64,000 bases of DNA. Origin: Bacteroidales bacterium UBA3388 (GTDB lineage Bacteria; Bacteroidota; Bacteroidia; Bacteroidales; P3). A program made the position numbers and the translations under genes. How positions within the stretch are numbered: position 1 is the first letter of the stretch; every line of letters begins with the position of its first letter. The stretch is from the NCBI GenBank assembly GCA_002358855.1, contig DEPQ01000067.1:1106-65105 (forward strand), in the 5' to 3' direction. The notes below the pieces were generated by a model, which saw nothing but the letters and a program-made list of their open reading frames with translations, was not told the DNA's origin and made no database searches. Of this stretch, positions 9,771-18,190 are shown piece by piece.

Positions 9771-11108
9771 ATGGACGTAAAAAAACTTTTAGCAGAAGTA
9801 GAAGCTAAGAACCCTGGACAACCATTGTTCTTGCAAGCAGTAACAGAAGTATTGGAAACAATCGAAGAATATGTTGCTGAACACCCTAAATACGATAACT
9901 ATAAGATTATCGAAAGAATGGTAGAACCTGATAGAATTTTCCAATTCAAAGTAGAATGGGTAGATGATAAAGGAGAAATCCACGTAAACAGAGGATTCAG
10001 AGTACAATTCAACAACGCAATTGGACCTTACAAAGGAGGATTACGTTTCCACCCTGCTGTAACATTAGATACTTTGAAATTCTTAGGATTTGAACAAACT
10101 TTCAAAAACTCTTTAACTACATTACCTATGGGTGGTGGTAAAGGAGGTTCTGATTTCGATCCAATGGGAAAATCAGATAACGAAATAATGAGATTCTGCC
10201 AAGCATTCATGACAGAATTGTACAAATACATAGGACCAGACACTGACGTTCCTGCTGGAGACATAGGAGTAGGTGGAAGAGAAATAGGATTCTTATATGG
10301 AATGTACAAAAAATTAGCTCGTGAAAACACAGGAGTGTTAACAGGAAAAGGAGCTGGTTGGGGAGGATCAATCCTTCGTCCAGAAGCAACAGGATTTGGT
10401 GGAGTTTATTTTGTAAACAACATGTTACAAAAACACGGATTAGAATTAGCAGGTAAAAGAGTTGCTATTTCAGGATTCGGTAACGTTGCATGGGGAGCAG
10501 CTAAAAAAGCTACTGAACTTGGAGCAAAAGTTGTTTGTATCTCAGGTCCTGATGGATATATATTAGATGAAGAAGGAATGAATGATGAAAAAATAGCTTA
10601 CATGTTAGAACTTAGATCTTCTAATAATGGAGTTGTTAAACCATTTGCAGATAAATTCCCTTCAGCTACATTCATCGCGGGTAAAAAACCTTGGGAAGCA
10701 AAAGTTGATATCGCAATGCCATGTGCTATCCAAAACGAATTAAACGGAGAAGACGCAAAACAATTGATAGCTAACGGAGTTACTTTGGTTTGTGAAGTTT
10801 CTAATATGGGTTGTACAGCTGATGCTATCCACGAATTACAAAAAGCAAAAGTTATCTTCGCTCCTGGTAAAGCAGCAAACGCTGGTGGAGTTGGGGTATC
10901 AGGTTTAGAAATGAGCCAAAACGCTGGACACATTGGTTGGACAGGAGCAGAAGTTGATGAAAGATTACACTTTATGATGGATTCAATCCACGACAACTGC
11001 GTAAAATATGGTACAGAAAAAGACGGATATATCAACTATGTTAAAGGAGCTAACATCGCTGGCTTCATAAAAGTAGCTGATTCAATGATAGAATTAGGAG
11101 TTTGCTAA
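9771..11108 (+). CDS. gdhA: NADP-specific glutamate dehydrogenase
   Basis: Glu/Leu/Phe/Val dehydrogenase active-site signature LPMGGGKGGSDFDP. GFGNVAWG dinucleotide fold. 445 aa. Codon usage looks strongly biased by eye. Confidence 0.95.
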   Translation: MDVKKLLAEVEAKNPGQPLFLQAVTEVLETIEEYVAEHPKYDNYKIIERMVEPDRIFQFKVEWVDDKGEIHVNRGFRVQFNNAIGPYKGGLRFHPAVTLDTLKFLGFEQTFKNSLTTLPMGGGKGGSDFDPMGKSDNEIMRFCQAFMTELYKYIGPDTDVPAGDIGVGGREIGFLYGMYKKLARENTGVLTGKGAGWGGSILRPEATGFGGVYFVNNMLQKHGLELAGKRVAISGFGNVAWGAAKKATELGAKVVCISGPDGYILDEEGMNDEKIAYMLELRSSNNGVVKPFADKFPSATFIAGKKPWEAKVDIAMPCAIQNELNGEDAKQLIANGVTLVCEVSNMGCTADAIHELQKAKVIFAPGKAANAGGVGVSGLEMSQNAGHIGWTGAEVDERLHFMMDSIHDNCVKYGTEKDGYINYVKGANIAGFIKVADSMIELGVC

Positions 11109-11130
11109 TCTATTAGTCTTATAAAACTAA

Positions 11131-11167
11131 AAAGGGAAGTTATTTAATTAACTTCCCTTTATTTTTT
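11131..11167. terminator. Bidirectional intrinsic terminator between gdhA and the acyltransferase gene
   Basis: 12-bp perfect stem AAAGGGAAGTTA / TAACTTCCCTTT (11131-11142, 11149-11160). A-run upstream and T-run downstream. Confidence 0.8.
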
Positions 11168-12266
11168 ATTTCTTTATTCCAAATATACACCATCTCACAA
11201 AAGGAATACGGCGTAAAACTTCGTAAATCAAAGGAGATAAAACAAAAACTGCAAGAGTTAATATCGCATAAATAGCAAATACAGGTAGCGAAGTATGAAC
11301 TTTTAACATATATCCAAAGGATGCGATTACTACATAGTGAACAACGTATAATCCAAAGATTGATTTAGTCATATAAGTTGCAAAAGCGTTAGTTTTATTG
11401 CAGAAACGCTGAAAAATTCCCAAAAGTCCCAACATCATAAACCAAGCATAAATAATATTAAGAGGGCTTTGAAGATATCGAGGAGAAGTGTTGTCTTGTC
11501 CAAAAGTTGTTATTGTAAGAATAGTTCCACAAATAATAGCAATAGAAATAAGAATAGGAGAGTACTTTCCTAAAATCTCTTGCACCTTATTGTGAGAGAA
11601 AATAAAATAACCCATCAAGAAAGGAATTAAATAGTTCAATGGCTTATATAAATTCAAAAGTCCGTCAAAAGATTCTGCTCTTGGATATAAAATAAGCGTA
11701 AACGAACCTACGTAAAGCAAAACTCCCAAAAGTATTATCGGAATAATTTGAATTTTTTCGCACGCTTTCCACAATATATCTTTTTTATCAATCTTGCGAA
11801 TTAAAACAATAACAATAGAAAACAACCATAAATCTTGAATAAACCAAAGGGGGCCGATTCCACTCACACTCCAAATGAAATATTTTATAAACACAGGCAT
11901 TTCTTCTGGTAACATAGGATTTCCCATCGTTAAAGAAGCACCTTGCGTATTGAAAAATCCTGTAATCCAATGAAGAATAAACAATCCTAATGTTGCAGGA
12001 ACTAACAATTTTCTTGTTCTTGACTTCATGAATTGTTTAGAAGAAAGTTTCTCTAAACTATATCTCGCACTTATTCCTGCGATTAAAAACATCAACATCA
12101 TAAACCACGGATACAAAACATACATTACAATGTCTTGATATTGATTTCCGCCAAAACCTCCAATGCCTCCGAAAACTCCTTTATTATTATAGAAGTATAT
12201 AACGTGATAAAACAAAACCGAAAGCACTATAACCCAACGTAAATTGTCTAACCAATACTTTCTCAT
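11166..12266 (-). CDS. Acyltransferase family 3 (OafA/YrhL-like) polytopic membrane protein
   Basis: N-terminal LDNLRWVIVLSVLFYHV motif (conserved R..H of the AT3 family). About 10 predicted TM helices. Confidence 0.8.
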   Translation of the reverse strand: MRKYWLDNLRWVIVLSVLFYHVIYFYNNKGVFGGIGGFGGNQYQDIVMYVLYPWFMMLMFLIAGISARYSLEKLSSKQFMKSRTRKLLVPATLGLFILHWITGFFNTQGASLTMGNPMLPEEMPVFIKYFIWSVSGIGPLWFIQDLWLFSIVIVLIRKIDKKDILWKACEKIQIIPIILLGVLLYVGSFTLILYPRAESFDGLLNLYKPLNYLIPFLMGYFIFSHNKVQEILGKYSPILISIAIICGTILTITTFGQDNTSPRYLQSPLNIIYAWFMMLGLLGIFQRFCNKTNAFATYMTKSIFGLYVVHYVVIASFGYMLKVHTSLPVFAIYAILTLAVFVLSPLIYEVLRRIPFVRWCIFGIKK

Positions 12267-12472
12267 TTTGTGATTCCTCCCATTATATCATCAATTGCAC
12301 TTTGGAATATCTCGGTTTTTATCAACGCCATTCCGTTTTTATCACCTACAAGCAAGAGTGCATCACCCGATTTAATGTCATACACTTTTCTTGCTTCCTT
12401 TGGGATTACGATTTGTCCCTTATCTCCGACCTTTACAACGCCAAAGATATATTTACCGTCTTTTTCTTGCAT
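12263..12472 (-). CDS. AbrB/MazE/SpoVT-family DNA-binding protein (69 aa)
   Basis: Swapped-hairpin motif VKVGDKGQIVIPKEARKVYDIKSGDALLL. Its stop overlaps the acyltransferase start (ATGA at 12263-12266). Confidence 0.8.
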   Translation of the reverse strand: MQEKDGKYIFGVVKVGDKGQIVIPKEARKVYDIKSGDALLLVGDKNGMALIKTEIFQSAIDDIMGGITK

Positions 12473-12498
12473 AAGTATGAAAAGTTAGAAATTTCCCA

Positions 12499-12506
12499 CA
12501 AAATTA
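12499..12506 (-). promoter_or_regulatory. -7 box (TAATTTTG) for the AbrB-acyltransferase operon
   Basis: Reverse complement of CAAAATTA. 26 nt upstream of the start at 12472. Confidence 0.45.
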
Positions 12507-12525
12507 TAATAAATTTTTTGATTGA

Positions 12526-12624
12526 CAAAGAAAAATAATTCAAAGAAATAATTTTTTAATTCAAAGGAATAATTTTCTGAAACAAAGAAATATTTTTTGT
12601 TTTCAAAGAAAAAAAGAGATGTAA
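12526..12624 (+). repeat. 21-bp phased CAAAGAAA array (5 units) between divergent promoters
   Basis: CAAAG at 12526, 12541, 12562, 12583 and 12604. The last four are exactly 21 bp apart. Confidence 0.9.
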
Positions 12625-12650
12625 CTAAGCGTTAAGTATCTTTTTTTGTG

Positions 12651-12658
12651 TATATTTG
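12651..12658 (+). promoter_or_regulatory. -7 box (TATATTTG) for the BadF-type ATPase gene
   Basis: TAnnTTTG followed by CA. 18 nt upstream of the ATG at 12677. Confidence 0.5.
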
Positions 12659-12676
12659 CAAGAAAAATAAAGAAAA

Positions 12677-13516
12677 ATGATTTTAATAGCAGATGGAGGC
12701 TCTACTAAGACAGATTGGGCTTTGGTAGATGGCAAAAATATAAAGACAACTTTTTCTACAAGAGGAATGAATCCTTATAATGTTTCTGTTCAAACAATGA
12801 AACAAGAAATAGAAAAAAAGATTTTACCAAATGTTTGTGTAAAAGAAGTTGATGAAATCTTTATATACGCATCGGGTTGTTCTGCAAAAGTTAAGCAAGG
12901 TGAAGTTATAGAGTGGTTTAGACCTTACTTTCAAAGTGCAAAGATATGTGTTGAAGGAGATTTACTTGGAGCGGCAAGAGCAACATGTGGACACGAGCCT
13001 GCAATTGCTGCAATTCTTGGAACAGGTTCTAATTCTTGTCTTTACGATGGAGAGAATATTGTGGAAAATGTAGCATCGCTTGGATACGTTCTTTGTGATG
13101 AGGGAGCAGGAACAAATATTGGACGATTGGTCCTTAGAGATTATTTAAGAGGACGTATGCCTGAGGATTTAATGCAAAAGTTTGCAGAACAATATCCGGG
13201 AGAAGAATCAGATTTTCTAAATAAATTATACAAAGAAGAAGCTCCAAATTATTACGTTGCTTCATTTGCACGCTTTGCAATAGAAAATAAATCAATGCCT
13301 TACTGCAAGGGTGTGATAATGCAAGCGTTTGATTCATTTTTTAAAGAACAAATAACTTATTATACCTCATATAATAAATACGTTATAAATGTCGTTGGAA
13401 GTATAGCTTGTTTGGCAACAGAGGAACTAAAAGAAGTTGCAAAAAAATATAATATGGAGATTAACAATGTTGTGAAAGCACCGCTTAAAGCACTTGTTGA
13501 ATATCACATACAATAA
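12677..13516 (+). CDS. BadF/BadG/BcrA/BcrD-type ATPase (N-acetylglucosamine kinase-like)
   Basis: ASKHA-fold phosphate motifs ILIADGGSTKTDWAL and AILGTGSNSC. Confidence 0.75.
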   Translation: MILIADGGSTKTDWALVDGKNIKTTFSTRGMNPYNVSVQTMKQEIEKKILPNVCVKEVDEIFIYASGCSAKVKQGEVIEWFRPYFQSAKICVEGDLLGAARATCGHEPAIAAILGTGSNSCLYDGENIVENVASLGYVLCDEGAGTNIGRLVLRDYLRGRMPEDLMQKFAEQYPGEESDFLNKLYKEEAPNYYVASFARFAIENKSMPYCKGVIMQAFDSFFKEQITYYTSYNKYVINVVGSIACLATEELKEVAKKYNMEINNVVKAPLKALVEYHIQ

Positions 13517-13565
13517 GAATACATACAAAAAACGCTCAATTTATAGTTTAATCGAGTTTTTTGCG

Positions 13566-13573
13566 TATATTTG
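13566..13573 (+). promoter_or_regulatory. -7 box (TATATTTG) for purA
   Basis: TAnnTTTG followed by CA. 39 nt upstream of the ATG at 13613. Confidence 0.5.
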
Positions 13574-13612
13574 CAGAGGATTTATAAGAATAAAATAAAA
13601 TATATATCAAAG

Positions 13613-14911
13613 ATGAGTAAGATAGACGTGCTTCTCGGTTTACAATGGGGAGATGAAGGAAAGGGAAAAGTAGTTGATGTTTTAACACCAAAATATGATA
13701 TAGTAGCAAGATTTCAGGGAGGACCTAATGCAGGACACACACTTGAGTTTGACGGAATAAAACACGTATTACATATAATTCCATCAGGTATTTGTCATAA
13801 AGAAAAGATAAATATAATTGGAAATGGTGTGCTTATAGAACCATTGATTTTTGAAAAAGAAATAGCAACCTTAGAAAACATTGGTTTTGATCCTACAAAA
13901 AACTTATATATATCTAAAAAAGCACATTTAATATTACCAAGCCATCGTTTATTGGACGCTGCGAATGAAGCATCAAAAGGAGAAAGAAAAATAGGCTCTA
14001 CTTTAAAAGGTATAGGACCTGCATACACTGATAAAGTCGCACGTACAGGATTGAGAGTAGGTGATATTCTTTCTAAAAACTTTGCTTCTAATTACGAAAA
14101 AGCAAAACAAGGTCATTTAAGAACTATAAAGTCATTAGGATTTGACCAAAACTCTTTTCAAATTGAAGGCTTAACTTTGGCAGAGTATGAAGAAAAATGG
14201 CTAAAGTCTTTAGAAAATTTAAAAAGATTTAATATCATAAACAGTGAATACTATATAAATCAAGCATTAGACGAAGGTAAAAAAATATTAGCAGAAGGTG
14301 CACAAGGATCTATGTTAGATATTGATTTCGGATCTTATCCTTTTGTGACATCTTCTAATACTATTACCGCAGGTGTTTGTTCTGGTTTAGGAATTGCACC
14401 ATCGAGAATAGGAAAAGTATTCGGTATTTGTAAAGCTTATTGTACTAGAGTTGGTAGTGGACCATTCCCAACAGAATTGTTTGATGAAGACGGAGAACAA
14501 TTAAGACAAAAAGGAAGAGAATTTGGCTCTACAACAGGAAGACCAAGACGTTGTGGTTGGTTTGATATTCCTGCTTTGAAATATGCTTGCATGCTAAACG
14601 GCGTTACACATCTTATGTTAATGAAGATAGATGTGATGAACGAATTTGAAACAATAAAATATTGCGAAGAATATATAATAGATGGTGAACGTACAATGGA
14701 GTTGCCTTTTGATATGGAACAAACAATGGAGCCAGTATATTCTTCTTGTAAAGGTTGGCAAAAAAACATTGAAGGTATAGATAAATATGAAGATTTACCA
14801 GAAAATATGCGTCAATATATATCTAAATTAGAAGAAAAAACAGGATTGCCGATAGTTTTAGTATCTACAAGTCCAAATCGTAAGGATACTATTATTAGAA
14901 CAGAAATTTAA
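13613..14911 (+). CDS. purA: Adenylosuccinate synthase
   Basis: GLQWGDEGKGKVVD P-loop and GGPNAGHT. ATG at 13613 is chosen because the longer ORF-track start (TTG at 13571) lies inside a TATATTTG promoter box. Confidence 0.95.
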   Translation: MSKIDVLLGLQWGDEGKGKVVDVLTPKYDIVARFQGGPNAGHTLEFDGIKHVLHIIPSGICHKEKINIIGNGVLIEPLIFEKEIATLENIGFDPTKNLYISKKAHLILPSHRLLDAANEASKGERKIGSTLKGIGPAYTDKVARTGLRVGDILSKNFASNYEKAKQGHLRTIKSLGFDQNSFQIEGLTLAEYEEKWLKSLENLKRFNIINSEYYINQALDEGKKILAEGAQGSMLDIDFGSYPFVTSSNTITAGVCSGLGIAPSRIGKVFGICKAYCTRVGSGPFPTELFDEDGEQLRQKGREFGSTTGRPRRCGWFDIPALKYACMLNGVTHLMLMKIDVMNEFETIKYCEEYIIDGERTMELPFDMEQTMEPVYSSCKGWQKNIEGIDKYEDLPENMRQYISKLEEKTGLPIVLVSTSPNRKDTIIRTEI

Positions 14912-14931
14912 ATAAATAAAATAAATAATTT

Positions 14932-16008
14932 ATGAGACGAATCATATTAGCAACGTTATTATTGACTATTTCATTAGGACTTAACGCTCAAAAGTTGCGT
15001 AATTCTGATATTCCGCAAGAAGTTAGATTAGGATTAGAAAACACCTATTCTGATTACAAACTTCAAGGCTGGTATTTTGAAACAGGACAATATGTTGCAG
15101 AAATAAGTATAGATGAACAAATAGGACGAGTGTTTTTAACCGCAACAGGAAATTGGCAATTCACTATCTTTAATGTAGCAGAGCAAGAATTACCTACATT
15201 GGTTGCAAATTATTTTCTAAATAATTATCCAGGATATCGCATAAAAAAATCAGAATATATTGAAGATTTTTCAGGAGATAATTACTATCGTTTGATAATT
15301 GCAATGAAAGGTATTGGTCAAACAGAGTATGAAATGATTTTTGATCCAAGAGGAAAATTAACAAAGACTAATGCACCGGATCCTGATTTTGTAAAAAAAG
15401 ATTATATCTCTCGTTTAAATCCAGAAGCCATTGAATACAGACAAAAAAAGATGGCAGAAAGAGCAGAAATGGACGGAAGTGGATTGGAAATTAGAATAGA
15501 AGATGATGTAAAGAGTGCAGGAAAGAAAAAATCTAAAGACGTAGAGATAGATGTACCAGAATCGCTAAATGCTTCCGTTACTCCAAAAGAAGTGTTAGAT
15601 GCTTTCAAAAAGAAATTTGCAAGAATGGAAGATGTGAAATGGAGACAAGACGGAGAAAACTTTATAGCTTCTTTTGAAAATAGAGGAATACCAACAGAGT
15701 TGTGTTACAAACCAGATGGTATGTTGATGACAACAACTAAGGAAGTGCAAAAAGAACGTTATCCAAGACTGATTACGCAAGATTTGAACCAACGTTATCC
15801 AGATGCAAAAATAGAAAAATTCCAAAAAGTAGAGTATGATATAAAATATAGAAAGACTGTAACAGACAGAAAACTTGATGCGTATTTCTATATAGAGTTA
15901 TCTGAAAAAATAAAGGGCAAAAAAGATAAGAAATACATAAAGCTGACCTACGATAAATCATTTAAATATCAGGGATTAGCGGGTTCTACTGATGAATATG
16001 AAGATTAG
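14932..16008 (+). CDS. Secreted protein with duplicated PepSY-like (beta-lactamase-inhibitor-like) modules and a K/E-rich linker
   Basis: Signal peptide ending LGLNAQ. Two similar modules (IPQEVRLGLENTYSDYKLQGWYFE... and TPKEVLDAFKKKFARMEDVKWRQDG...). Family assignment is by pattern only. Confidence 0.45.
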   Translation: MRRIILATLLLTISLGLNAQKLRNSDIPQEVRLGLENTYSDYKLQGWYFETGQYVAEISIDEQIGRVFLTATGNWQFTIFNVAEQELPTLVANYFLNNYPGYRIKKSEYIEDFSGDNYYRLIIAMKGIGQTEYEMIFDPRGKLTKTNAPDPDFVKKDYISRLNPEAIEYRQKKMAERAEMDGSGLEIRIEDDVKSAGKKKSKDVEIDVPESLNASVTPKEVLDAFKKKFARMEDVKWRQDGENFIASFENRGIPTELCYKPDGMLMTTTKEVQKERYPRLITQDLNQRYPDAKIEKFQKVEYDIKYRKTVTDRKLDAYFYIELSEKIKGKKDKKYIKLTYDKSFKYQGLAGSTDEYED

Positions 16009-17539
16009 ATTGATAAAGTATGTAATCGTTGTTTTATTTTTTTCGATTGCATCTTTATTTCATACAGTTTCAGCACAGAAACAAATATATTATAGTTCAG
16101 ATTGGGGAGAGAAATTACCATCTTTCCCCAATCACTTAATATTAAAGTCAAATGTCGTTTTTGTTCACGAAAATATGACAATGACTTGTGATTCGGCAGT
16201 CTTTAATACCCAAGAAAATTTAATAAACGCCTATAACAATATTCATATATACCAAGATACTCTCCATTTGTATGGAGATGAATTTTTTTATGATGCAAAT
16301 ATTAAAGTCGCAGAGGTGTTTGGTGATACGGTGAACTTATACGATGGAAAGATAAACCTGCAAACAGATTATATGGTAATGGATAGAGTTGCTCAAACGG
16401 TGCGTTATACAACTCATGCAGATATTTGGGACGATGAAAATACGCTTGAAAGTCAATTTGGAACGTATTTGATGAACACAAAAGTATTTGAATTTACCGA
16501 TCAAGTGATTTTAGAAAATAATTCACTCAATATGATTTCTGATTCTTTGTTTTATGACACTAAATCAAAGAATGCGTATTTTTTTTCAAAGACTTATATA
16601 ACTACAAAAGATAGTGTGAAAATTCATACTTCGTTAGGCTCTTATGATACAAAGACAGACGATGCTATTCTTTACAAAGACAATTTGATTATAAACGATA
16701 ATAAACAGTTAATTGCCGATAGTATATTTTATAACACCAAAACAGAAAAATCAAAAGCATATCGCAACATTTATCTTAAAGACAGCCTAAATCAAGTTAT
16801 AGCATATTCGCAGTATTTAGAAAAAGATGAAATAGAAACTACTCCTTACTTATTTTTAACCGAAGAAATCCTGCTTCAACAGATTGAAGAACAAGATACA
16901 CTTCACTTACATTGCGACAGCATTTGGATATATTTTGATACAACTCTTAATGCTGAAGAAATGTATGCTTATAATCATGTGAAATTTTATAGAACAGATA
17001 TGCAAGGTGTGGCAGATACACTTTTTTATGATGTAAAAGATTCGTTGGTTTATTTTCTTGGAGAACCAATTCTTTGGAATGAAAACAACCAATTTACAGC
17101 AGATACAATAAGTCTTAAAGTTATTGAAAAATCTGTTAGAGAAATGTATATGTATCCTAATGTTATTATAGCACAAAACTCAGATACAACTACAAAACAA
17201 TATTTTAATCAAATAAGTGGAAGACAATTTAAAGCGAGTTTCTCAAAAAATAGAATAAAATATGCGGAGATAGAACAACAAGTAAAAAGCATTTTTTATT
17301 TTTGGGAAGAAGGGAAAAAAACAAAGAGACTTACAGGCGTAAACATAGGAGAAAGTAGCAAATTAAACTTGTATTTTGAAAGAGGAAAATTAAAAAAAAT
17401 GACGGCTGTTGATTTGCCCAAATTTTATTTAGATGATAACGAACGAATAGACGAAAAAGAAAAAACTTTAAAAGGTTTTGTTTGGTTAGAAGATTATCGT
17501 CCTATGTCAAAGCAAGATATTTTTATACATAGAGATTGA
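15992..17539 (+). CDS. OstA/LptA-like (organic solvent tolerance N-terminal-like) repeat protein
   Basis: Signal peptide ending HTVSAQ. Repeated beta-jellyroll-like pattern (CDSAVFNTQENLINAYNNIHIY..., LQTDYMVMDRVAQTVRYT...). Overlaps the upstream gene by 17 nt. Confidence 0.5.
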   Translation: MNMKIRLIKYVIVVLFFSIASLFHTVSAQKQIYYSSDWGEKLPSFPNHLILKSNVVFVHENMTMTCDSAVFNTQENLINAYNNIHIYQDTLHLYGDEFFYDANIKVAEVFGDTVNLYDGKINLQTDYMVMDRVAQTVRYTTHADIWDDENTLESQFGTYLMNTKVFEFTDQVILENNSLNMISDSLFYDTKSKNAYFFSKTYITTKDSVKIHTSLGSYDTKTDDAILYKDNLIINDNKQLIADSIFYNTKTEKSKAYRNIYLKDSLNQVIAYSQYLEKDEIETTPYLFLTEEILLQQIEEQDTLHLHCDSIWIYFDTTLNAEEMYAYNHVKFYRTDMQGVADTLFYDVKDSLVYFLGEPILWNENNQFTADTISLKVIEKSVREMYMYPNVIIAQNSDTTTKQYFNQISGRQFKASFSKNRIKYAEIEQQVKSIFYFWEEGKKTKRLTGVNIGESSKLNLYFERGKLKKMTAVDLPKFYLDDNERIDEKEKTLKGFVWLEDYRPMSKQDIFIHRD

Positions 17540-17599
17540 CAAAATGTCATAAAAGTAAAGAAAGGAACAAAAATTACATACTAATACCACAAGAAAATT

Positions 17600-18166
17600 A
17601 TGTTTAACAAGAAAAAACGTAAAAAAGATATGGAAGAAAATCAAACAAATGTTGAACAAGAAGAGGTTTCAACAGAGCAAACACAAGAAACATCAGAAGA
17701 AACTACAAAAACAAAAGAAGAAGAGTTAGAAGAAAAGTTGGAAGAATTAAATAAAAAATACCTTTTGTTGTATTCGGATTTTGAAAATTTCAGAAAAAGA
17801 ACTTCAAAAGAAAAGATAGAACTTATTCAAAACGCTGCAGAAAATACAATCAAAGACCTATTGCCTGTTGTAGATGATTACGAAAGAGCATTGGCTAATT
17901 TTGAAAAATTTGAAGATGAAAAATTTATAAAAGCCAAAGAAGGAATAGAATTGATTTATAATAAATTGATGTCAATCCTTACACAAAAAGGTTTAAAGCC
18001 CATGAATGCAAAAGGAGGCAAGTTTGATGAAAATCTACATGAAGCAATAGCACAAATGCCTGCTGAAAACGAGGAGCAAAAAGGTATAGTATTAGACGAA
18101 ACAACTAAGGGGTATTATTTACACGATAAAGTGATAAGATATGCCAAAGTAGTTGTAGCGATGTAA
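17600..18166 (+). CDS. grpE: Nucleotide exchange factor GrpE
   Basis: Acidic N-terminus, coiled coil, and C-terminal HEAIAQMP...KGYYLHDKVIRYAKVVV. Adjacent to dnaJ. Confidence 0.9.
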   Translation: MFNKKKRKKDMEENQTNVEQEEVSTEQTQETSEETTKTKEEELEEKLEELNKKYLLLYSDFENFRKRTSKEKIELIQNAAENTIKDLLPVVDDYERALANFEKFEDEKFIKAKEGIELIYNKLMSILTQKGLKPMNAKGGKFDENLHEAIAQMPAENEEQKGIVLDETTKGYYLHDKVIRYAKVVVAM

Positions 18167-18190
18167 TTTTAAATTAGAGAAATTAAAGTA

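Noticed and set aside
12526-12624. Could the regularly spaced CAAAGAAA repeats be a CRISPR array?
   Set aside because: The period is only 21 bp, with no unique spacers of about 30 bp. The whole unit is low-complexity A/T-rich, the arrays have 3-5 units, and no cas genes or leader are present.
17540-17599. Searched upstream of grpE-dnaJ for a CIRCE (HrcA) operator.
   Set aside because: There is no TTAGCACTC-N9-GAGTGCTAA-like inverted repeat. The spacer is plain A-rich leader.
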